Positions 55,873 through 63,609 are shown, numbered from the stretch's first letter. The stretch is DNA of 64,000 bases from an uncultured SAR116 cluster alpha proteobacterium (GCA_902615025.1 CACMNV010000004.1:9242-73241); one strand, 5' to 3'. Program-made: numbers and translations. The notes: generated by a model from the letters alone, not told the origin.

Positions 55873-56908
55873 CCTTTAACTCCACTAGTTTTTTTGTTTT
55901 TGATGAAAGTTTAATAGCTTCAATTACCTTGATTGTTTCGTTTGCTATTGATGCGGTAATAATTGGTTTTTCTTTTTTTTCTATTACCTTACAGAAATGT
56001 TCGATTTGATTCACTAAAGGATCTGAAAATTTGTATGGATAATTCGTTCCAGAAATAGGTGAAAACCAATGACCATTTTTTGTATGTTGCCATAATTTCA
56101 AATTTGGTAGAGACATTGAAGCTTTCGTTCCACCAATCAAATAACTTGATTCTTCGGTCGAAGGATAAATTTCGTTTTCTCTAGCAGTTAATTCCCAACT
56201 CCAGGGTGAAACAACACTGTCAGAAGTCAGAAACGTAGCTATTATTCCATTTTTAAATTCCAAAACAGCCCCTGATACGTCTTCGTTATCAAAACCTCTT
56301 AAAGAATTTTGTGATATGGAAAAAACCTTAGCAATTTTTCCAAACAAAAAATTCATCAAATCAAGATCATGAATGAGATTAACAAAGATAGGTCCTGCAC
56401 CATCATTTTTTTTCCAATTAGCTTCTTTAAAATAATTATTAGGTTTGAACATTTGACAATTGATATTAACAGTTCTTACTTTCCCTAGGAAATTATTATC
56501 TATTAACTCTTTAGCTTTGTGCATTATAGAGTTATGCCTTCTATGATGACCAACTAATATTTGAACATTCATTCTTTTTGCTTCAGATATTAATTTATCA
56601 GTATCAATAGAACGAATTGTGATAGGCTTTTCTATTAAAACTGTACATTTATGTTTTATAACTTCTATCCCATCTTTAAAATGAGATGAGTTTGGAGTGG
56701 CTATAATTACGCCATCAATTGTTTCTGATTTAAACATATCTTTAATAGAAGAATAAAAATTGGCATTAACTTTATCTCCTATTGAATTTTTTTTTAAATC
56801 AACAACTGCTTTAAGTTTAGCTTTATTAGTTTTACTTATAGCGTCAATGTGTTTTAAGCCCATAACGCCAATACCAACGACTGCTAATTTAATTTTTCTA
56901 TTTTTCAT
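55868..56908 (-). CDS. Gfo/Idh/MocA-family NAD(P)-dependent oxidoreductase
   Basis: 346 aa. N-terminal Rossmann IKLAVVGIGVMG, EKP motif (VLIEKPI), C-terminal alpha/beta domain. Confidence 0.85.
   Translation of the reverse strand: MKNRKIKLAVVGIGVMGLKHIDAISKTNKAKLKAVVDLKKNSIGDKVNANFYSSIKDMFKSETIDGVIIATPNSSHFKDGIEVIKHKCTVLIEKPITIRSIDTDKLISEAKRMNVQILVGHHRRHNSIMHKAKELIDNNFLGKVRTVNINCQMFKPNNYFKEANWKKNDGAGPIFVNLIHDLDLMNFLFGKIAKVFSISQNSLRGFDNEDVSGAVLEFKNGIIATFLTSDSVVSPWSWELTARENEIYPSTEESSYLIGGTKASMSLPNLKLWQHTKNGHWFSPISGTNYPYKFSDPLVNQIEHFCKVIEKKEKPIITASIANETIKVIEAIKLSSKTKKLVELKD
55870..55883 (-). promoter_or_regulatory. SD (GGAG) + 7-nt spacer + ATT initiation codon of the dehydratase gene, overlapping the upstream stop codon
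   Basis: The minus strand reads GGAG TTAAAGG ATT AAA ACG. GAT TAA of the upstream gene overlaps ATT by one nt. An in-frame TAA lies two codons upstream of the ATT. Confidence 0.65.
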
Positions 56909-56909
56909 A

Positions 56910-56950
56910 AATATATGTTATTTTTAATAATATATGATATAACATATATT
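56910..56950. promoter_or_regulatory. candidate GntR-type operator: 12-bp perfect inverted repeat AATATATGTTAT-N17-ATAACATATATT
   Basis: Read directly in the 68-bp divergent spacer between the oxidoreductase/quiC operon and the GntR gene. The arms carry symmetric GT / AC positions. Confidence 0.4.
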
Positions 56951-56976
56951 AAAAAAACTATCGAATCTATAAGTTT

Positions 56977-57636
56977 ATGGAAAATATTCACTTATCAGTC
57001 ACAGAAAATATTTTTGAAAAAATTAAATATGATATCGTTTTAGGAGTCCTAAAGCCTAATCAAAAACTTAAATTAAATTTATTACAAAAAGAATATAATG
57101 TTTCAATCTCAATTCTAAGAGAAGTACTTAATCGTCTGTGTGGTGATGGTTTCATAATATATAAAGTTCAAAAAGGTTTTTTTGTTTCTCCTATATCAAA
57201 AGAAGATCTTCATGAAATAGCAAATTTAAGAATTATTTTAGAGACACATGCTCTTGAAATCTCAATAAAAAATAAAGACTATGAATGGGAGGCTGAATTA
57301 TTAGGTGCTTATCATAAATTAAACCATGCTGAAAATGAATTAGAAAAAAATAATTTAAATGCAAAATCACTCTGGACAAAATATGATGCTGAATTTCATC
57401 AAATGTTAATTAAAAAATGTAACTCTAAAAATTTAATTAAGATACACGGCGTAATATTTGATAAATATCACAGATATCAACTTTTAGTTTTAAACTATAG
57501 AGGCAAGGAATCAATTAAAGAACACAAAAATCTTTTAGATTGCGCTTTAATAGATGATTTTCAAAAAGCTCAAAAAATACTAAAAGATCATATTAAGAAA
57601 GGTGTAGATCACGCTTCTTCAAATTTATCAATTTAA
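56977..57636 (+). CDS. GntR-family transcriptional regulator (FadR/FCD subfamily)
   Basis: 219 aa. N-terminal wHTH (L.PNQKL....L...YNVS.S.LREVL.RL..DGFI), C-terminal all-helical FCD-like domain. Confidence 0.9.
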   Translation: MENIHLSVTENIFEKIKYDIVLGVLKPNQKLKLNLLQKEYNVSISILREVLNRLCGDGFIIYKVQKGFFVSPISKEDLHEIANLRIILETHALEISIKNKDYEWEAELLGAYHKLNHAENELEKNNLNAKSLWTKYDAEFHQMLIKKCNSKNLIKIHGVIFDKYHRYQLLVLNYRGKESIKEHKNLLDCALIDDFQKAQKILKDHIKKGVDHASSNLSI

Positions 57637-57758
57637 TAAGTATTAGTTTAAATGATAAAAAAGTACTTTCTATAAAAATCACAAATTGGTCACATTCATT
57701 TCTAAATTTTGTCATAATCTAAGATTAAGTAATATTATTCATAAATCCTCCCAAAATT

Positions 57759-57786
57759 AGCATTAGTTTTTAAATAAACTAATGCT
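57759..57786. terminator. hairpin between convergent genes (possible bidirectional terminator)
   Basis: 11-bp perfect stem AGCATTAGTTT (57759-57769) / AAACTAATGCT (57776-57786) with a 6-nt loop. The flanking U-tracts are weak. Confidence 0.35.
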
Positions 57787-57794
57787 TATGAATT

Positions 57795-58898
57795 TTAGCT
57801 AAAATTACTTATCTTTGCTTCGATTAAACCATATTCTGTTTTTACAAAGTAATTATTTGAATTATCAATCGATATGTCTTTTTCGTAAGCTATCATAAAT
57901 CCCATATTTTTTTTGAATTTTGGAGAAAATATTACTGAAGTAATTTCACCAATTTCCTTTTTTTCATAATAACATTTAGGCTTACTTTTAATGTTTAGAC
58001 CACTTTCTCCAAAAAAAACGCGATATATGTTTCGTTTTTCTTTATTTTTAATATAATTACTTAAAGCAACTTTACCTACAAAGTTATAAGACATATCAAT
58101 TGAACAGTATTTTCCTAGAGAACAATCAAAAGGTGTGTCTTTAGAAGTCATATCATTTCCATAACTTAATAAAGAGTTTTCAACTCTTTCAATCATATTT
58201 GGACAACCAGCATTTATATTAAATGGTTTACCCTCTTTCATTACATAGTCCCAGAAATCACAAGCAATTTTTGCATCATCAAAAAGAAATTCAAATCCTC
58301 CTTGCTTACTATATCCCGTTTTAGAAACTAGAACTCGAGTATTCTTAAAATCAAAAAAATCAAAGCTGAAAAATGGTAAAGAAAGAAATTTCTTATCAAT
58401 TAACTCTTCAGTTAATTTGATAGCCTTGGGACCTTGCAACGCTAATGTATAAATATTTTTGTTTTTTACTTTAACATTGAAATTCAAATTAACTAACAAA
58501 CCACTAAACCACATGAACATGTCAGAGTCTGAAATTGATACCCAAATAGTTTCTTCGTCTATAGAGTATACTAAAGTATCATTTAATAAACCTCCACTAA
58601 AGTTAGTCATAGGTGTGTAATAGCATTTAAATTTATCAATTATTTCAAAATTTCGACAAGATACATAACGAAGAAAATTTAATGCATCAGATCCTTTGAT
58701 CTCTATTATTTTTTGACAAGATACATCCCACATTTGAACATGGTTGATAAGATGATAGTAATCTTCTTCATAACTATTAAATATTGTAGGCAAAAGTGTC
58801 TTGTTATATATTGTATATGATGATACTCCAGCAAGAGCATTCCTTGATGTAAATGGAGTAGAGTCAATTCTATTGGATTGAGTTAATTTGTAATCCAT
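57795..58898 (-). CDS. GcvT-family tetrahydrofolate-dependent aminomethyltransferase/demethylase (DmdA-like size and N-terminus)
   Basis: 367 aa. STPFTSRN...YTIYNKTLLPTIF...EDYYHLINHVQMWDVSCQKIIEIKG and ...SKTGYSKQGGFEF fit the GcvT fold and resemble DMSP demethylase as I remember it. Confidence 0.8.
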   Translation of the reverse strand: MDYKLTQSNRIDSTPFTSRNALAGVSSYTIYNKTLLPTIFNSYEEDYYHLINHVQMWDVSCQKIIEIKGSDALNFLRYVSCRNFEIIDKFKCYYTPMTNFSGGLLNDTLVYSIDEETIWVSISDSDMFMWFSGLLVNLNFNVKVKNKNIYTLALQGPKAIKLTEELIDKKFLSLPFFSFDFFDFKNTRVLVSKTGYSKQGGFEFLFDDAKIACDFWDYVMKEGKPFNINAGCPNMIERVENSLLSYGNDMTSKDTPFDCSLGKYCSIDMSYNFVGKVALSNYIKNKEKRNIYRVFFGESGLNIKSKPKCYYEKKEIGEITSVIFSPKFKKNMGFMIAYEKDISIDNSNNYFVKTEYGLIEAKISNFS

Positions 58899-58925
58899 AT
58901 ACAGAAAATATAAAAGGAATAAGAT

Positions 58926-59822
58926 TTGATCAACAACAATTTTGAAAAAAAATTAAAAAGTAAAGAGTTTGTATTTACAGCTGAGACATCACCTCCTGAT
59001 TCAACAGTTAGATCTGAAGTAACTGATAGAGTTCTATGTCTCAAGGATCTAGCAGATGCAATAAATGTAACAGATGGTGCAAGTGCAAAATCACACCTTT
59101 CTTCACTTGTGGTTTCATCTATAATAAAAGATATTGAAATTGAGCCAATTCTTCAATTAACAACACGAGATAGAAACAGAATAGCCATTCAATCAGATTT
59201 ACTTGGAGCCTGGACATTAAATATACAAAATATTTTATGTATTTATGGAGATCAAGTAGAAACAGGTGATCAACCAGAAACAAAAGAAGTTCGTGACCTA
59301 GATACTTTAGGAGTTATAAATACTGCAAATTATTTCAAAAAAGAAAAAAAATTTCCATCTGGTAGATCTATAAAATCAGCACCTGAGTTTTTTATAGGTG
59401 GTGCAGATACTCCATTTGAAATAGATGAAAAATTTGATTGTGGAAATTTAATTAAAAAAATTGAACAAGGAGTTAATTTTTTTCAAACTCAGTATGCTTT
59501 TGATGCTCAAATTCTAAAAAAATATATGGATAGATTGAAAAAATTTAATATTACTAAAAAGGCCTATTACCTTGTTGGATTAGGAGTCATCAAGTCTGCA
59601 AAAAGTGCTAAATGGATGAATAAAAATCTTTATGGTATTAACATTCCAAATTCAATAATTCAAAGATTAGAAGATTCTACAAATGAAAGTAAAGAAGGAA
59701 TTAAAATTTGTATAGAACTAATAGAAAAATATCAAGAAATTGAAGGTGTTCATGGAATTCATTTGATGGGTTATCATCAAGAAGAACAAATTGCGGAAGT
59801 AATATCACATTTTAAAAAATAG
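58926..59822 (+). CDS. metF: methylenetetrahydrofolate reductase family protein
   Basis: 298 aa. TAETSPP, NVTDGA, QLTTRDRNRIAIQSDLLGA, IYGD and FQTQYAFD align with MTHFR beta-strand ends. TTG start. Confidence 0.8.
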   Translation: MINNNFEKKLKSKEFVFTAETSPPDSTVRSEVTDRVLCLKDLADAINVTDGASAKSHLSSLVVSSIIKDIEIEPILQLTTRDRNRIAIQSDLLGAWTLNIQNILCIYGDQVETGDQPETKEVRDLDTLGVINTANYFKKEKKFPSGRSIKSAPEFFIGGADTPFEIDEKFDCGNLIKKIEQGVNFFQTQYAFDAQILKKYMDRLKKFNITKKAYYLVGLGVIKSAKSAKWMNKNLYGINIPNSIIQRLEDSTNESKEGIKICIELIEKYQEIEGVHGIHLMGYHQEEQIAEVISHFKK

Positions 59823-59830
59823 AGGTTTTT

Positions 59831-60880
59831 ATGACTAATTTACAAAAAATAAGAGAACTTCAAGGTAAAGTTATGAAAGACATAGCTGCAGGAGCTCTTA
59901 TACCAGTAATGATGATTGGAGATGAGTTAAATCTATTTGAAAAGTTATATAAACTTGGCCCAATATCTTCTGAAGATTTTTCAAAAAAAATTGAAATGGA
60001 TCATAGGTATATTAGAGAATGGTTATTAGCTATAAGTGCCTCTAAATATATCAACTACAATTCGAAAGAACAAAAATTTTATATGACTGAAGAACAATTT
60101 TCAGTTCTTGCTGATGAAGAAAGTTCATCTTTGATGATTGGTGGTTTTGAAAATTTAGTAGGAGCCGTTCATAATTATAAGATTATAAAAGACAATTTTA
60201 AAAATGGACACGGAACTGAATGGGGATCACTCCACCCATGTTGCTTATCTGGATCTGCTCGATTTTTTAAACCAGCCTATTCAATTTTTTTAATTAAAAA
60301 GTGGCTTCCAAGTATTGATAATGCAGTTGAAATTCTAAGTAATGGTGGAAGCTTCGCTGATGTAGGATGTGGTTACGGACACTCAACTGAAATAATTGCA
60401 AAAGAATTTCCAAAGTCAAAGGTGGTAGGTATAGACCCTCACGAACCATCTATTCGAGAAGCAAACAAAAATTCTGCCTCTAAAGGACTTAATAATTTAA
60501 CATATCAAGTTGCTTCAGGAGAAAATTATCAAGGTAAGTTTGATATCATTTCTTTTTTTGATTGTCTTCATGATATGGGTGATCCAGTTAGCGCCATAAA
60601 ATATGCAAAGTCAAAACTAAATACTAATGGAACTTTAATGCTTGTAGAGCCCTATGCGGATGACGAAGTTTCAAATAATTTCAATTTAGTAGGTCAGATG
60701 TATTATTCATTTTCTACTATTGCTTGTGTTCCTGCGTCAAAATCTCAAAAAGTTGGTTTAGCATTAGGAGCTCAAGCAGGTGCAAAAAAACTTTCTAAAA
60801 TTTTAAAAAAAGGTGGCTTTAACCATATAAAAGTAACTTATAAAACAGCAACGAATATGGTTATTCAAGCTAAAGTTTAA
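59831..60880 (+). CDS. class I SAM-dependent methyltransferase with N-terminal winged-helix dimerisation domain
   Basis: 349 aa. SAM motif I FADVGCGYGHST, motif post-I VGIDPH, FFDCLHDMGDP. Confidence 0.85.
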   Translation: MTNLQKIRELQGKVMKDIAAGALIPVMMIGDELNLFEKLYKLGPISSEDFSKKIEMDHRYIREWLLAISASKYINYNSKEQKFYMTEEQFSVLADEESSSLMIGGFENLVGAVHNYKIIKDNFKNGHGTEWGSLHPCCLSGSARFFKPAYSIFLIKKWLPSIDNAVEILSNGGSFADVGCGYGHSTEIIAKEFPKSKVVGIDPHEPSIREANKNSASKGLNNLTYQVASGENYQGKFDIISFFDCLHDMGDPVSAIKYAKSKLNTNGTLMLVEPYADDEVSNNFNLVGQMYYSFSTIACVPASKSQKVGLALGAQAGAKKLSKILKKGGFNHIKVTYKTATNMVIQAKV

Positions 60881-60894
60881 TAATCTCACCACAT

Positions 60895-61545
60895 ATGTTA
60901 AAAAAAGAAAAAGTTAATTTTATTTCGGAAGAACTAAATAAATTATACCCTAAAACACCTACTCCTCTTACACACCAAAATAAGTTTGAATTGTTGATAG
61001 CAGTTCTATTAAGTGCACAGTGTACTGATGAAAGGGTTAATAAAATCAGTCCAATTTTATTTAAAGTTGCCAATAATCCTTTTGAAATGGAAAAAATATC
61101 TAAAGAGAAAATCTACAGTATCATTAAACCTTGCGGTTTAGGGCCACAAAAATCAAAAGCCATTTCAGAATTGTCTAAAATTTTAGTCAAAGAGTTTAAT
61201 GGTAATGTCCCAAGAACTTTTAAAGAATTAGAAAAATTGCCTGGTGTAGGTCATAAGACTGCCAGTGTTGTAATGTCTCAAGGATTTGGATTTCCTGCTT
61301 TTCCAGTAGACACGCATATTCATAGATTGGCTCAGAGATGGGGTTTAACCAATGGTCGTAGTGTTAATCAAACAGAAAAAGATTTAAAAAGGCTATTCCC
61401 AAAAGAATGTTGGAATAAATTACATCTTCAAATTATTTTTTATGGTAGAGAGTATTGCACTGCTAGAGGATGCCTGGGCATTAAATGTAATATATGTAAG
61501 ACATTGTATCCCAAAAGAATTAAACCCATAAAAACAAAAAAATAA
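60895..61545 (+). CDS. nth: endonuclease III (HhH-GPD DNA glycosylase/AP lyase)
   Basis: 216 aa. LIAVLLSAQCTDERVN, the HhH-GPD element LPGVGHKTASVVM...VDTHIHR, and a C-terminal four-Cys cluster. Confidence 0.9.
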   Translation: MLKKEKVNFISEELNKLYPKTPTPLTHQNKFELLIAVLLSAQCTDERVNKISPILFKVANNPFEMEKISKEKIYSIIKPCGLGPQKSKAISELSKILVKEFNGNVPRTFKELEKLPGVGHKTASVVMSQGFGFPAFPVDTHIHRLAQRWGLTNGRSVNQTEKDLKRLFPKECWNKLHLQIIFYGREYCTARGCLGIKCNICKTLYPKRIKPIKTKK

Positions 61546-61549
61546 ATTG

Positions 61550-62596
61550 CTAAAAAGTTAATGCGTAGTTTTTATAAACTAAACTTATTTCTTCCATAAC
61601 TTCATCACTTAAATCAACATCCAAGCCCTTTATTACAACATCTAATTGTTCATCTGTTGTTGCGCCAAATATAACAGACCCCATAAAAGGTCTTTTTGTA
61701 CAAAAAGCCAAAGCCAAATGTACTGGATGAATATCAAACTTTTTTGAAATTTTTATATACTCTTGAACAGCTTTCATAGCATTTATGTTAACTCTATCTC
61801 CAATTGTTGAAACTCTTGTTATTCTTGAATCAGTTGGCATTTCGTCATTTAGATACTTACCAGTTAACAGACCTCCAGCTAATGGAGAATAAGCCAACAA
61901 AGGTATATTTTCATAATAAGACATTTCATTCATATCAGTATCATATAACCTGCATAATAAACTGTATTCATTTTGAATTGAAGCAACTGGAAAATTATTG
62001 AATTTTTTTACTGCATTAACATATTTTGTTACTCCCCAACATGTTTCATTTGAAAGGCCAAAAGCTCTAATCTTACCCTCTGATTTAAAATCATGCAGTG
62101 TTTCTACAATCTCTAAGATATCATTTTCAACTTCATTTTTATTACTATCAGACGGGTTATAATTCCAATTTTTTCGAAAGTGATAAGAACCTCGATTAGG
62201 CCAATGAAGTTGATAGAGATCGATATAATCGGTCTGAAGTCTTTTTAAACTAGCCTCTAATGCAATTTTTAAACTTTTCCTATTTATTGGACCTCCATCT
62301 CTAATGAATGTATCTCCATTACCAATAATTTTAGTGGCTAATATTAACTTATTTCTTAAGGTTGGATTCTTTTTAATCCAAGTCCCAATAATTTGTTCAG
62401 TTTTACCTGCAGTCTCTGCAAGGCGTGGACAGGTTGAATACATTTCTGCTGTATCAAAAAAATTTATTCCTGAATCATAAGCTTTATCCATTTGCAAATG
62501 AGCATCCATCTCACCAGTTTGCTCTCCATATGTCATTGTTCCTAAGCAATAATTTGAAACTTTTAAATCACTTTTACCTAAAAAATTATATTTCAT
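61550..62596 (-). CDS. aldo/keto reductase (Tas-like)
   Basis: 348 aa. LGKSDLKVSNYCLGTMTYG, FDTAEMY, YIDLYQLHWP, GLSNE. Confidence 0.9.
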   Translation of the reverse strand: MKYNFLGKSDLKVSNYCLGTMTYGEQTGEMDAHLQMDKAYDSGINFFDTAEMYSTCPRLAETAGKTEQIIGTWIKKNPTLRNKLILATKIIGNGDTFIRDGGPINRKSLKIALEASLKRLQTDYIDLYQLHWPNRGSYHFRKNWNYNPSDSNKNEVENDILEIVETLHDFKSEGKIRAFGLSNETCWGVTKYVNAVKKFNNFPVASIQNEYSLLCRLYDTDMNEMSYYENIPLLAYSPLAGGLLTGKYLNDEMPTDSRITRVSTIGDRVNINAMKAVQEYIKISKKFDIHPVHLALAFCTKRPFMGSVIFGATTDEQLDVVIKGLDVDLSDEVMEEISLVYKNYALTF

Positions 62597-62620
62597 GTTT
62601 TACTCTTATTAAAATCATTA

Positions 62621-62713
62621 TTATTTCTTATAAAATTTTCTCTTTAATACTCTGTATAAATAAATGCATAGAATCCCTATGATCAAATACAAATATTTCA
62701 AATATTCTTCCAT
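62621..62713 (-). CDS. candidate small membrane protein (30 aa), unannotated
   Basis: ATG..TAA ORF MEEYLKYLYLIIGILCIYLYRVLKRKFYKK (one TM helix plus a basic tail). It starts 5 nt after the EamA stop and ends 24 nt before the AKR start, so it fills the 122-nt spacer. Confidence 0.3.
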   Translation of the reverse strand: MEEYLKYLYLIIGILCIYLYRVLKRKFYKK

Positions 62714-62718
62714 ATCAA

Positions 62719-63609
62719 TTAATTCAAATTTGATTTTTCATTGAAATTTTTAACAACTTTTTCTCTCCAAAAAGTATATAAACCTGAAGATACAACAATC
62801 ATAACACCAAGTAAAATAAAGATATCTAATCTTTCAGAAAATATAAAAACTCCAATAATCGCAGAAAACACTAGTTGAAGATATGAGTATGGTTGTATTA
62901 AAGATGCTTCAACTAATTCTAATATTTTAACCATTAAAAAGTGAGATATTGCACTTAAGGTACACATAATAAAAACTAAGACATAGAAATCTTTTGAAAT
63001 AATATCTCCAAAAAAAACAATCATAAATAGCATAGTTATACTTCCGCCAAGACCTGTCCAAAAAAAACTTGTGATGGCACTATCTTGTCTTGAAGCATAC
63101 TTAGTTAATATCAAATAAAATGCAAACATGGACGCACCTATAAACGCAAAAATTGAACCTATTGAAAAAATGTTAAACCCTGGTCTTAATATAATTAGTA
63201 CTCCAACAAAACCAAAAGCTATTGCACTCCAACGCCTCCAACCAAATTTTTCTCCTAAAAATGGTACTGAAAGGCCAGCAACAATAAGGGGATAACACGC
63301 TATTACTGCATGTGTTTCAACAAGACCTATAAGTGCAAAAGTATAAACAACAATACAATTGTTAAGTGACAAAATCAATCCACGAGCAAATTGTAAAAAT
63401 GGTTGTTTTGTATAGGCAATTTCATAAAATCTTTTTTTTGAAAAAATCCAATATGAAAATATAAAAACTAAAATGAACCAATACCTAAAGGCAACCAAAG
63501 AAATTACGTTATTATTTTCTGCTAAATATTTTGACACCCCATCCATGCAAGAAAAAAGAAAAGTAGTCAATATCATAAGTGATATTCCAGTATTGGTATA
63601 ATTTTTCAT
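62719..63609 (-). CDS. DMT-superfamily (EamA-like) transporter
   Basis: 296 aa with 10 TM segments in two EamA-like repeats. Confidence 0.85.
   Translation of the reverse strand: MKNYTNTGISLMILTTFLFSCMDGVSKYLAENNNVISLVAFRYWFILVFIFSYWIFSKKRFYEIAYTKQPFLQFARGLILSLNNCIVVYTFALIGLVETHAVIACYPLIVAGLSVPFLGEKFGWRRWSAIAFGFVGVLIILRPGFNIFSIGSIFAFIGASMFAFYLILTKYASRQDSAITSFFWTGLGGSITMLFMIVFFGDIISKDFYVLVFIMCTLSAISHFLMVKILELVEASLIQPYSYLQLVFSAIIGVFIFSERLDIFILLGVMIVVSSGLYTFWREKVVKNFNEKSNLN

Noticed and set aside
57725-57752. Strong SD-like GGGAGGA followed 3 nt later by a 5-codon mini-ORF (MNNIT*) on the minus strand, just past the hairpin in the GntR/demethylase spacer. A 41-codon ORF further on runs into the GntR 3' end.
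   Set aside because: The mini-ORF is too short to evaluate. The longer ORF has no SD and overlaps GntR antisense. The purine-rich stretch may simply be chance or part of a 3' UTR structure. It is worth a glance only if RNA-seq shows a discrete transcript.
62425-62682. 85-aa plus-strand ORF spanning the AKR 5' end and the downstream spacer
   Set aside because: It is mostly antisense to the aldo/keto reductase gene with a low-complexity translation. The minus-strand 30-codon ORF explains the spacer better.
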